From Callorhinchus milii (Eukaryota), in NCBI RefSeq assembly GCF_018977255.1, contig NW_024704743.1:94242001-94306000 (forward strand): 64,000 nucleotides of DNA, written 5' to 3'. The stretch's first letter is position 1; each line of letters opens with the position of its first letter. The translations under genes were made by a program, and so were the position numbers. This document shows positions 25,545 to 38,285 of this stretch, piece by piece. The notes under the pieces were generated by a model. That model did no database searches. It saw nothing but the letters and a program-made list of their open reading frames with translations, and had not been told where the DNA came from.

Positions 25545-25959
25545 CTAACATTTGGATATAAGTAAATGAAACCACTTGGTTACACTTAAGAATAACATCA
25601 TTTAGTATTACAAAGAATTTTAATACCCAAACCTGGACTATACTCCTGGCACTTATTTGTGAAATATTTTGCTAGCCAATTGTCTAAGTCACACAATATA
25701 TCTAAGATGAAGTAGTTTGTTACATAGTCATTCAGTTCTCAGGTATTGGATTTGTATAGTGCCTTTCACGTTGGAAGTGCGTCCCAAGGCATTGGACAAT
25801 CAGTGTTTCAGACCCGAGCTAGCGGCCGGTACGGGCGGGTTGTGGGGGGGGGAGGGAAGAAGGGTGACGAAAGGCATGGTCGAAGAGAAGGGTCATTTTG
25901 ATTGGGAATTAAAACTTAGCTGTTCTATCCATTAGAGAACAAACATTTTTTAAAGAGTG

Positions 25960-26105
25960 CAGTCAAACCCGTCTTCAACAACCTCTCAGGGGACTGGGCC
26001 AAAGTGGCCTTCATATAAGGATGGCCTCTGAGTAAGGGTTTGTTGGTGTATGTATTGGGCTATGTGGGCTGCTCCATGGAGATTGTGCTTGAACAGGTTT
26101 GACTG
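25960..26105. mobile_element. 146-bp Tigger/pogo-like MITE
   Basis: TIRs cagtcaaacc...ggtttgactg. Longer inverted relative at about 14768-15232. Confidence 0.7.
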
Positions 26106-26169
26106 GTACTTAAATTTTTCCAAACTGAAATATACAAATGCAGCCTCGGTGTCTATATGAATTAAACAA

Positions 26170-26580
26170 GGAGGTGTCTCTTGAAAACAGGAGGGTAAGG
26201 GGTGACCTGATAGAAGTCTTTAAAATTATGAAAGATTTTGACAGGGTAGACAGAGGGAAGATGTGGGGGAGACCAAAACCAGGGGCCATCAATATAAAAT
26301 AGTCACAAACAGATCAAACAGGGAAGTTAGAAGAAATTTGTTCACACAGAGTAGTGGGAATGTGGAACATGCTACCACAAGGAGTTGTTCAGGCAAATAG
26401 CACAGATGTATTTAAGGGGAAGCTAGATAGGTACATGAGGGAAAAATGAATAGAAGGTTATGCTTAAAAGCTTGGTTGAGGAAGGGCAGGAGGAGGCTCA
26501 TGTAGAGCATAAACACCTACATAGACCAGATGGGCCGAATGGCCTGTTTCTGTGCTGTACATTCTAACGTATTCTAATGT
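26170..26580 (+). mobile_element. CR1 3' end
   Basis: RGDLIEVFKIM-like sequence and gatgggccgaatggcctgtttctgtgctg tail. More decayed CR1 at about 8080-8520, 12600-12790, 13160-13690 and 52718-53282. Confidence 0.8.
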
Positions 26581-28822
26581 AAGAGACTTGGGAAACCAAT
26601 TTTACTCTTGAATGTACATTCGGTCTTCATCTTTTTTCAGAAGTATTTGTCATATGTACAGGAAATAACCTCAAATGAAATTTAGGTAACAACATTTGTG
26701 CTTTTCATAAATTCACAGCTTGTTGACCTTTTATCTTAGTGAATGAATAAATGTTTCTTTGTAACATTATTTAAAACATAAGTAAAAATAAACTTCTGTA
26801 AAGAATCAGATTTTGCTAGACTGTGTAGAGTGGGAGAAGAGGTAGGGAGAATGTGCAGAATGTTCACCTAAAGATTGAAATGAGTGGAGTACATACAATC
26901 AAGTTACTTCAAATAAATTAATAAGGTTGATCAAGCATGACCTTTAGAAATCCATATTGACTGCTTATTTATTCTCCATCTCCAAGTGTTTACCTATTTC
27001 AAATGTTATTATAGACACTTTACCAACCATGTGCTAAAGGGTCTGTAGTTTAGGAATACCTAATTTAACAGGACATGCAAGGATCCCTGACTTGCTGAAA
27101 ACTAGATTCTGGGGAAGAAGAGATAAATTTCAGTTCCAAAAAAATTACTATCCAATAAAGAAAAGTAATTCTACCTTTCTTGTAGTAAAGATATATGACT
27201 ATGTCGTCACAGACACACGCCTGCTAAAACAATGAGGTCACCCCAAATGGGCTTTGCACTGTAGCTGAGAAGGAGCAGAGTGTGTATAAAAGCTGTTAAC
27301 TGAGCCTTTGATCAGCTTCTTTCCCCGAGATAGGATGAAGGAAGTGTGTGGGTTGCAAGATCAGGGAAGCAACAGGAGCATGCAATCTAGCCACACAGTC
27401 AGGCTGAGGTGCTGAGGAATAGGCCCACAGAGACTACAGAGCACTCTACCTGAGAGACTAGTAGTGCTTTGGGACGTCCTCCCGACGTGAAAAGCGCTAT
27501 ATCAAATGCAAGGATTATTATTATAGTACCAGGGAGGTGCTAGTGTCTGAAAGGGGTAGCAACAATGAGTGAGAGCAAAGCATAGAGAGGTTGTGGAACC
27601 CCAAAACACAAACCCAGGCAATCCAAGTTTTGCGCTTGTACGCATGACCCATTAATTCATGAACTAAGCCTATCTCCAATCACTCAACGTCTCACCGACC
27701 TGCTATGGTGGTCCACTGTGTTATGGTATCAAAGTGTTTCTGGAGAGGAATGGACCAATACATTTATATTCACCACAGAAATGAATAAAACACTACAAGG
27801 GAGTCCATGGATTATATAATGCCAGATAATCCTGTGGTGAAAGATAGTTACAATTGCCTTAAATCATTCACTACTCATCCAAACGAAATTCATTACATTG
27901 AGGAGTGAACTGACTAAGCATGATGCCAACAGATGGTGCTACAGAGTGCCAGGTCAAATCTGTATCTCAGGGCTCATTTCAGAGATGCTGCCCAAGACAG
28001 AACCTGTTGGAAATCTTTTGCTGCTTGCAGATAATGATTTAATGATTTAATGATTTGTAGGAAAATGACTGGACTTTTAGCTGAATCTTACTGACTACAA
28101 CTGACCACCACCATTTGTGTCAGACTGTCCTGATTCCTCACTGACACATCATGAGACAGTTTAGAAATCATACCGCTCTTTCAATACACCCAGCTGAGTG
28201 AAACCTGCTATAATCCTAACATTCACCTGCCCAGAATTATCTTGCAAGCATACTTGTCAAGTCTGTCATGCATAGTTAGTGAGCTTGGTTAGAAAAGTAA
28301 TTTCAAGTCAAAATAGCATTTCTTAGATCAGTTCTAAACACAATCACAAGTTAATGAAATTTATAAATAGTACAGAATTGAGATCTATCATCCTGATGAA
28401 GGCACATAATAAAAGCTAGGTGCTTTTGGAAGATGTGATTCAAGGAGAGAGTTGCATCAGTTAAAAGAGCAATGAGCCTAAAGCAATGTAATGCAGTAAT
28501 GCCTGTTATGCAGTATCCGAGCAGTCTACATGAAAACTGAAGGGCTAGACATTTGTGATACATGAGTAAAGGCCAGCATCCTCTCGGGAGGCAGCAGAGT
28601 GGATCACAAATGAGTATAAAATACAATAAAAATTCTTGCATTTGATGCAGGACTTTGTGCAAGACATCCTGAGTAGAAGATTAACAACTGTGGATGCTCA
28701 CAGTCAAGCGCATTGTGGCATCTATAGCTAGTCTAGTTGACTGTAAACACTTTACGTGTGTTTTTGTGCCCAAACTCTACAGTTACAAATTTACGATCTG
28801 ACATTGATTTCCAGCAGATTAC

Positions 28823-29030
28823 CTGCACTTGGAGAACTTGCTGGCTTCTTCGGTAAATTGAAAATCTGTTCTCCAGGATTGGGTGGCGGAATAGCATCCT
28901 GACCTTGTCGAGAAAGCACGGGATCGTATTCTTTGCCATCATAGTTTGCATCAAAGAACTTTTTGAACCACTGAATGAATTCTAAGTTATCCTGGAAGCG
29001 ACCTTTCACTAATCTTTCTACTGGAATAAC
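28823..29030 (-). CDS. MAPRE2: MAPRE2 coding exon 4 (CH domain end and linker)
   Basis: [69 protein letters not shown]; ctgcag| and |gtaatc; 208 nt. Confidence 0.97.
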
Positions 29031-29455
29031 CTGCAGAACACAAAAAAAGCAGTGTCAGTTGCTGACATAAAAATCATTTCTAAAAACAATCACAAGTTAC
29101 TGAATATTATAAATAGTACAGTATAGAGATTTATATTCTGATGAAGCCACATAAAAGAGGCGAGGTGTGTTTGGGTCAATCTGATTATATTATAAATGTG
29201 ACTGTTGATCTCAGTCCCATTTTCGGGTCAAAAGAGGGAGACTGCCAACAAAGTAGTATATTAGTCAGTATCTTGTAGAAAAGAATTTACTCAACTGCGC
29301 AGTAAGAGACAACAAATCAGAAAAAGCATAACTTTGAAAATCTATGCAGCAGTGAATCCTGATCAAACAGAATCTTTTACTAAGAGGTGAATGATTGCAG
29401 ACTCAACCTAGTTTTCTTTTGAATGCTGATCAATCTGCTGTGGATATCCAGCATA

Positions 29456-30690
29456 CAACAACAACAAAATTACATTTATAGAGCGCCTTTCACGTCAAGA
29501 GGACGTCCCAAAGCGCTGAACAGTCAGGTGTCGGGGCCCGAGCATGAGGGAGGAGTTGTGTAGGGGTGAGGGAAGGCAGAGAGGTGGGAGGGAGACCAAA
29601 GACACGATCGAAGAGAAGGATCTTGAGACCGGCCTTGAAGGAGACACGGAGCAAGCGAGGTGAAGGGATCGTGGGATAGAGTTCCAGAGTGTGGGGGCAG
29701 AGAGGCTGAAAGCCTGGCCACCGATGGTAGTGCCAGTCGGGCGGGAGACATGGAGCAGACCAGACCCCACTGAACGGAGGGAGCAGGCAGGTTTGTAGGG
29801 AATCAGCAGGTCCGAGAGGTAGGAGGGGGCAAGGCCGATGAGGAGAGTTTCCGTAATCAAGCCTTGATGTGACGAATGCATGGAGAAGGGTTTCAGCAGC
29901 CTGAGGGGTGAGGCAGTGGTGAAGTCTGGCAATGTTGCGGAGGTGGTGGTAGGCAGTGCTGATCATGGCACGGACGTGGGGGAGAAAGGACAGTTCAGCG
30001 TCAAACAAGACACCAGTTTCCTAACTGGCTTAGTGAGGTTGAGTGTGCAGCTGTGGATGCTGATGCTGCCAGCGACCGAGGTGCGGAGGCGCTGGCACGA
30101 GCCAATCAGGAGTGCCTTGGTCTTGCTGATGTTGAGTTGGAGAAAGTTGTCCCTCGTCCTGGACTTGATGTCAGACAGGCAGTCGGTCAGGACCTCAGTA
30201 GTCCAAAACAATAATAAATTGGTCATTTTCAATCCACGACTGTTTGTGGGACATTGCTGTGCGCAATTGGCTGCCGCGTTCGCCCACAAATATACAGTCA
30301 ATTCACTTTACAGTGTGTTCTGTGAAGCGCTTTGGGACGTCCTCCTGACGTGAAAAGCGCTATATCAAATGCAAGGATTATTATTATTATTATTATAGTT
30401 CAGGGTGGAGGCAGAGAGGTAGAGTTGAGTGTCATCCACATACATGTGGAAATTTACCCCATGTCTGCAGATGATGTCACCTCAGGGGAGCATGCAGAGA
30501 GTGAAGAGGAGAGGACCAAGGACAGAGCCCTGAGGAACACCGCACAAGATGCTGTGGGGGCTGGAGGAGAAGCCGTTTGGTGAGATGAAGTGGAGACGGT
30601 GTGAAAGGTAGGACCTGGATTAGTCAAGGACAGAACCTTGAAGGTTGAGGTGGGAGGAGAGGCGGTGGAGGAGGATTGAATGGTCCACGG
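29456..30690 (-). mobile_element. L2 LINE 3' fragment
   Basis: NFLQLNISKT, HHLRNIARL, LHAFVTSRLDYGNS; (TTG)n tail; interrupted by a SINE. Confidence 0.9.
30200..30396 (+). mobile_element. SINE subfamily A, 5'-truncated, inserted in an L2
   Basis: 3' 200 bp of the SINE with (TTA)n tail. L2 RT sequence continues on both sides. Confidence 0.85.
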
Positions 30691-33600
30691 TGCATTGGCT
30701 TGCGCCAATACACATGCAGTGTGCATATACACTATTCTATTCATTTTTTAAAAACAACTTCAAAACTAAACCCACACTTTTGGTACCTCAAAAACAGTGC
30801 TATGATACATTAGCCATTGAGCAGAAACAATGCAGAGTAAAAATTCAATAAAAATCCAAAGGAGGAAGGTCGGAGTTTGCAAAAAGAACATTTGTCTAGG
30901 CTATTCTTGCTGATATGAAAAATATGCACATCTACTTTTCAAAAAATTAAAAATGAACATTACAAAGTGGAAGTAACAATTTATGGAATGAGGAAATATA
31001 TTCAACCAATCTCATCTGCTCTTTCTACAGACCTTGTACGGAATACCCTGACTTCACCCACCCACTCACTCATTATATCCTTTGGGCAAAAGTCAAGATT
31101 TTTACATAATCCTTCATTGTCAAACAGAAAGTAAGCAAAAACTCAATAATATTCATCAAGCGTCACTATTCAAGCCTTGCCTGCTGCACTTCACAAATTT
31201 TGCACCCTTCCTCCTCCCCGTGCCCCCATCTCTAGTGGGAGAGACACTTGCAAGACTGGCTGTGCCTGACCAGTGCTATCCAGTCTGCGCCAGAAGCAAT
31301 GCCAGCAGCAACCTGACAACATGGAAGCTAAACCAGTGCTCATTTTGTCCTGGACCCATTAATGCAAGGTCTGATTTTATGGACCTAAAGCACTGGGGTA
31401 TAACAGAGGCGATCTGATGATGCTCAAGTTGAGGTTTTTTGTGCATGAAACCAGCCAACTTTCTAAGTGTATGAGTTGACCAGCATCTGCTCTCGATTGC
31501 ACCCTCTTACGTCGCGTTGGAATTTTACAAAAACAACAAATTACATTTGTATAGCACCTTTCATGTCGGGAGGATGTCCCAAGCTGCTCGATAGAGACTT
31601 TGACCCGAGCAGGAGGTTGGAATCAGAAGGGGTGGAGGGCAGGGAAGGTAGGGGCAGGAAGGTGACCAAAGGCGGGAACAAAGAGGGTCTTGAGCCATGC
31701 CTTGAAGGAGGCAAGGGAGGGAGCAAGGCAAAGAGACTGTGAAATGGAGTTCCAAAGGGTGGGGGAAGAGGCTGAAGGCCTCTTGGAGCAGGCCAAGCCC
31801 AACTACCGCTTTATAATGGGGTTCTGCTGTATATACTTAGCTAAGCACATTTCTGAAGGAGAAATTGAACAGTGAGATTGAAAAGCAAGCCGAAATTCAC
31901 TGCTTCATTTTATAACAGCAGTTTAATTGATTTATGGAGAATCCTGCCCAAATGGGAAATCCTGCCAGTAATTTGTAGTATTTAATAGACAACTCTTGGG
32001 ATTCTCACGCAATCTCTGGCAATAGATCGTAAAGGTCCCCTACAAGTTTTCTGACATACTGTGAGTTACCATCTGGATTCATAGGTAGTGACTGAATTGT
32101 TATAATTGAATTTGATTGATTGTTATAATTGAAGGTTTGCTAAGAAATAGACTATGGTTGATCACAGGAAGGGAAAATAATTAATCTAGGTGAGGTCTTT
32201 AAAGGATTCTGATGAACTTGCCACTGAGAGCCTGAAGTTCAGACAATCAGGACAGGATAACAAGAATAACATCAGCTCTTTCTCCTCAAAACATATAAAC
32301 AGTTCATTCTCTGTAGGGAAAGAGAAAAGGGTTCAGGAACCTCCTTTATGAGATGATCCTCTACTGCCCCGATATCTCAGAATGTGGAACAGAACACCAC
32401 TAGCTTCTTCTTCCTGAACAGAGCCTATCTCTGTGTAGCCATCTGTTAAGCAGCATTCACTACCTCTAACTGGTGGGTCTATTTATGATGCAGTATCCAT
32501 TTGTAATACTTGATTTTGCTTCTTCAAGCTTACTCCAGATCGTAAGCTAAGATGACTTGTGGTAGACAAACTGTCTGCTTCATTGTTATATGACACCTTT
32601 GAAAGTCAACACCTGCATCGTAGAGATCTAGGATTTGTCTCGGACAATAAATTCTCAAGCACTTTAACAGAACCTCAACTTTTTCAAGCCTCCCTCGCCG
32701 GCCAATCATATCAATCTTAACTGTACAGGCAAGTAAGCTACTGCTACATTTCACAACTCTGGGGAGTAGAAGTGAATAGTGATACAGTATTTCATACTGG
32801 ACATTCACTCTATTGATGTTGAATGTGTAAGATTCCCTTATCCCAAAATAGAATTGCACAACCTTTAGGGCATCTGGAACTTGATAATCTTCTGCTTGGA
32901 TGAACTGTAAGCCAGTATCAATCTTGAATTTCTCCTTCTGAATAAATGTAGTCAGCACTTACTAAATAAATTCAATCCAAAGGATATTAAGTGGCCAGAA
33001 GAATCCATTTTTTCCTCCAATCTCTCATTATCAATTTATTTTCTGCCAATTTTTCCCTTCATATGACTCTTTTTACCCCCTTCTACTGGAGTAAAGTTCC
33101 ATAGGACCGCTCAAGTGTATTGACCAAGTGCTCATGATTCACATGTCAGTCTTGACAATGAGAGTGAGAGACATCACAGCCAAGCCTGATCCTGGCTTCA
33201 GACAGTAACACATGCACACTTTCCAGCAAGAGTACTTGGATAACAATCAGGAACAGGAACTCTGTCTGATTTTCACCAACCAATCTCAGAGCAAAGAAGG
33301 AAACTGTGATACCATACTACTGCCCTGACTGTAATTAGCAAGCTTGGTGCAGACTAGCGTTCAAGAGTTACTGGCTCACCTATTTATGAAAATTACTGAA
33401 CCCATTGGGGAATCCCTCTCAACAAATGTTAGAATGGAGTCTTTGTGCTATGAATGATGAATAATAATGCTTCCAAAAAGCATTTTCCTTGTTGGAATGC
33501 TGTACCAGCTGCTGCTAATCCTGTTTGAAGTAACCCATGTGGATGTTTTTAACCGGAGAAAGAACAGTTCCAATGCAACTTGTCAGATCAATAAACGGTC

Positions 33601-34489
33601 TCCATGCTGAATTTGTGAAGCTACTTAAATATATTTGGTGTGAATCTCCAATATTGCAGACATAATTTGGTTAGGAAGCATGGGATCACAGTTAACACAC
33701 TCCAAGCTTTTTTTTATTTAAATACAATTCTACACCCCAGAATCAATATTGAAATTCAAATCCTGGTGTTATACAAACATAAGATTCTTTCACACAAAAA
33801 CATAGAACTAAAACATCCAATATTGCACCACCACATTGTAGTAAAATTTAGCATTTTCCTCACATTCAGTTCTTCCCTACCCCATATCATCCTCACTCAA
33901 TGAAGTTAACAACATGTCAGGATACATAAACTGTGTTCTTACTTAATACTATTAACCTGAAAGACTATGAAATGTAGCCAAAAGATTGCTTATTGCTAGA
34001 GTAATTAATACGTATTCAACATTATTTCTACAATCAGTGTAATCATTTTACATCTCACATAATGAGCATCCTGAGTCGGCTTAAGAGCTCTGAAGTGTCG
34101 CAAAAATGTTGGATGCCACCAGTAGTGTCAAGCACTTTGAGATGTCCTCCCGTAACATCAAGAAACGTCATTCAGTCACCTGAGTTTAATCAGGAATTGA
34201 CGTACTTTATTTACATACATTCCCAAATACAACCAAATATTCATATACAATATATTGTGCCTTTCATATCAGGAGGATGGCTCAAAGTGCTTGAACTGCT
34301 GGTGGCACCCAAGCTAAGGGTGGAAACCAAAGGGGTTGGGGAGGAGAAAGACGATTAAAAGCATGGTCAAAGAGGTTCATCTTGAGACGGAGCTTACAGT
34401 AGGCTGCAATAAATAATGGAAATTCAACCAGTTTTCTAAGATTGTTATCAATTTATCTATAAATCTTGGAGGTTTCAACCAATACTTAC

Positions 34490-34635
34490 TTTATCAACAT
34501 TCATTCTTTTAAAAGATGCCTGTAGCAGCTTGAAATTGTGAATGTACTCATGTTCCAACTTAGCCTGGAATTTTACTTTCTTCAAACTAATGCAGGCTGG
34601 GAACAACATATGCATAAACTGGCAGTAAGCTGCAC
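34490..34635 (-). CDS. MAPRE2: MAPRE2 coding exon 3 (CH domain)
   Basis: [49 protein letters not shown]; ttttcag| and |gtaagt; 146 nt. Confidence 0.97.
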
Positions 34636-35290
34636 CTGAAAAAGAAGAAGAAATAAACAATATGCGCCATTTAAAAAGTCCATCAGACAATGATATTAAA
34701 AAGTCTTGACTGTACATTGACGTTTTTAAACTAAATTAAACTACCCTCAAAGTGTTTGGGCAAAGATAAACAGAAACCCTAGAAGGAGTCAAATTTAGAA
34801 AGTTAATATATAGACAATCAACAAAATTAACAGCAAGTGTTAAATATAAGATATAACTAATCAAATATAAGTAGTATTCGTCATGCTATCATTCTAGTTA
34901 TCTGAGATATAAGTACAATTTTAGAATCACAAAATTATATAGAAAGTAGTTTCAACAACAACTTGCATTTATACAGAGGCCATCACTGTTTCAATATATA
35001 ATTGATAGAAATGGTAAACATACACAATGGACATGCATTTAAGTACAGTATTTAATTTATATTACGTTTCTAGACAAACAACATCTTCCAAAGGTAGACT
35101 GTAATCTTATTTTCTGGTCAAAATAACAACAATCGTATATATAAGTGCCCTTCACGCAGGGTAGCATTACTGGAGCGCTTGACAGTGGCAGAGTCTGACA
35201 CTAAGTCAGGGGGAAGAGGGAGGGGGCGGCTGACTGTAAGCATGATCAAACAGGAAGGTCTTTAGGCAGAATTTGAAAGTGGGGAGGAGG

Positions 35291-36028
35291 AAACATAGGG
35301 ACATAGGAATTAGGAGCAGTAGTAGGCCATTCGGCCCCTCGAGTCTGCCCCGATCATGGCTGATCTTCTAACCTAACTCCACTTGCCCGCCTTATCCCCA
35401 TAACCCTTAATCCCTCTATCTTTAGAAACCTATCAATCTCAGTCTTGAATATGTTCAAGGACTGAGCATCTACAACCTTCTGGGGTAGAGAATTCCATAA
35501 ATTCACTACCCTCTGAGTGAAGAAGTGTTTCCTCAACTCAGTTCAAAAGAGCTGTCCCTTAAAGACTGTGACCCCTAGTTCAAGATTCTCCTACCAGGGG
35601 AAATAGTCTCACACTGTCTACTCTGTCAAGCCCCATAAGAATCTTATATGTTTCTATAAGATCACCCCTAATTTTTCTATATTCTAGAGAATATAGGCCT
35701 AGTTTACCCAACCTATCCTCATAGGTTTCAACCCCCTCATCCCAGGAACTAACCTAGTGAATCTACGCTGTACCCCCCCTAAGGCGAATATGTCCTTTCT
35801 TAAATAAGGAGACCAAAACTGCACACAATATTCTAGGTGCAGTCTCACCGAGGCCCTATACAGTTGCAGCAAGACTTCCCTACTCTTGTATTCTAACTCT
35901 TTTGCAATAAACGCCTACATGCCATTAGCCTTCCTGGTTGCTTGCTGTACCTGCATACTAACATTTTGTGACTGGTGTACAAGGACACCCAAATCCCTCT
36001 GAACACTGACATTATCTAGTCTCTCCCT
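35291..36028 (-). mobile_element. CR1 LINE 3' fragment, different subfamily
   Basis: FFTQRVVNLWNSLP; taggagcagtagtaggccattcggccc tail. Confidence 0.88.
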
Positions 36029-36031
36029 TTC

Positions 36032-37227
36032 CTATTCGACACAGTCGATCATGCCATCCTCCTCCACCGCCTTTCCTCCGTCATCCACCTCGGTGGGATC
36101 GCACTCGCCTGGTTCGAGTCCTACCTCACAAACCGCCAGCAGTACATCTGCACAAATGGCTTCTCCTCTCGCTCTCACCTGGTTACCTGTGGGGTACCCC
36201 AAGGATCCATCCTTGGCCCCCTCCTCTTTCTGATCTACAGGTTCCCTCTTGGAGATGTCATCCGCAGACATGGGGTACGTTTCCACATGCATGCGGACGA
36301 CACCCAACTCTATTTTTCCACCTCTCTTTGCGACCCCCAGTCCCCTGATGTTCTGTCAGCCTGCCTGTCAGACCTCAGGGGTTGGATGAGCGCAAATTTC
36401 CTTCAGCTGAACGTTGACAAGACGGAAGCCATACTCTTTGGCTCTCGTCAATGTCTAAAATCACACAGTTCTCACCTCCTCCACCTGCCTGACCTCCCCC
36501 CTAAAACTCTCCGAACCCATACGCAACCAGGTTCGACCCCCAATTATCCTTCCATCCCCATATCCGGTCCCTCACCAGCACCGCTTTCTTCCACATCCAA
36601 CGCATCGCCCATCTCCGCCAATACCTCTCTCCAAAAGCCGCTGAAACCCTGGTCCATGCCTTTGTCACCTCTCGGCTGGACTATTCAAACGCCCTCCTCG
36701 CCGGCCTCCCCTCCACTACCATCCATAAAATCCAGATTATTCAAAACTCTGCTGCCCGCATTCACACCCGCACCAAACTCCGCTCCCCGATTACCCCAGT
36801 CCTTTCCAGGCTGCACTGGTTGCCTGTCCCAGAGAGGATCGACTTCAAGATCCTCACCCTTGTCTTCAAATCCCTCCACTCCTCTGCAGCCCCCTATCTC
36901 TCTGACCTCCTCTCTCCTCAAAACAGTGCCTGTTGCTTTTGTTCCTCCGGGTCTGGCCTCCTCCTTGTCCCCCGAGTCCTCTGCTCCACCCTTGGTGGCC
37001 ATGCCTTCAGCCACTATGCCCTGAGGATCTGGAACTCCCTTCCTCACTCCCTTCGCCTCACCCCCTCTCTTCCTATTTTTAGTCTCTGCTGAAGACCTTT
37101 CCTTTCTCCGCGCCTTTGGTCACCTTCCTCCCCCTCCCCCTGGCTCGGCACCGGGATCCGTTACGGTGAAGCGCTCTGAGATGCCGTCCAGGGTGGGGGC
37201 GCTATATAAATCCAAGTTGTTGTTGTT
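36032..37227 (+). mobile_element. L2 LINE 3' fragment
   Basis: FDTVDH, HADDTQLY, WMSANFLQLNVDKTE, ERIDFKIL; gcgctatataaatccaagttgttgttg tail. Confidence 0.92.
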
Positions 37228-37269
37228 CTAGAAAATAATCTGTTTTTCTGTTTTTACTACCTAGGTGAA

Positions 37270-38285
37270 TAACAACAACAACAACAAGATTTCATTTATA
37301 CAGCGCCTTTCACGTCGGGAGGACGTCCCAAGGCGCTGGACAGTTGGGTCGGGACCCGAGCAGGGGGGACATGGTCAGGGTGAGGGGAGGGAGGGAGCGA
37401 GGAGGGGGTAGGGAGTCGAGAGGGGAGCTGAAGGCACAGTCGAAGAGAAAGGTCTTGAGACCGGCCTTGAAGGAGGAAAGGGAGGAGGCAAGGCGAAAGC
37501 ACTGGGGGATGGAGTTCCAGAGCCTAGGGGCTGAGAGGCTGAAGACCCGGCCACCAATGGTAGGGCGGTCAGGGCGGGGGATGTGGAGCAGGCCGGAGCC
37601 AGAGAAACGGAGGGAACGGGCAGGTTAGGGGGATAGTAGGTTGGAAAGGTTGGAACTTCACACTTCCCCACATTATATTCCATCTGCCACCTTCTTGCCC
37701 ATTCATCTAGCCTATCTGTATCCCTTTGCAATCTTTTTGTGTCATCCTCAGAGCTTACTCTCCCATCTAGCTTAGTATCACCCGCAAATTTAGATATTTT
37801 AAGTGCTATGTCCTCGTATAGATCATTGATATAGATTGTAAATAGTTGAGGCCCAAGCACTGATCCTTGTGGCACTCCACTAGTCACATCTTGCCAATCT
37901 GAGAAGGACCCGTTTATACCTACTCTCTGTTTTTTTCCCGTTAGCTGCTCTTTGATCCATGCTAATATATTGCCTTTAATTCCCATGTGCCCTAATCTTG
38001 TGTAGCAGCCTTTTACGTGGCACCTTGTCGACATAAAATGGGGCAAGGCAGAGGGATTGAGAGGAAGAGTTCCTAGCTTCAGGGCGTAATGCTTGAAGGC
38101 ACGGCCACCAATGGTGGAGCGTAGGGGACGAGAGACAATCAGGAGGACGGAGCCAGCCGAACGGAGTAGCGGGTGGTGGGGTGTGGGGGTAAGCAATTCA
38201 GATAGAAAGGAGGTGCGAGGGCATGAAGGGATTTGAAAATGAGTGAGAGGATCTTGAAATCGATCCTATCGGTAATTGGGAGGAC
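37270..38285 (-). mobile_element. L2 3' fragments split by a CR1 insert
   Basis: (CAA)n tail, cgcctttcacgtcgggaggacgtcccaaggcgctg terminal stem-loop, C-rich 3' UTR. Confidence 0.82.
37654..38030 (-). mobile_element. CR1 RT fragment nested in an L2
   Basis: [23 protein letters not shown], flanked on both sides by L2 sequence. Confidence 0.85.

Noticed and set aside
29136..29170. Hammerhead ribozyme core (CUGAUGA...)
   Set aside because: The required GAAA is absent (GAGG here, missing in the 28393 copy). At most a decayed relic.
32530..32958. 142-aa minus-strand ORF in intron 3
   Set aside because: No recognisable domain or supported splice sites. Probably chance or decayed TE sequence.
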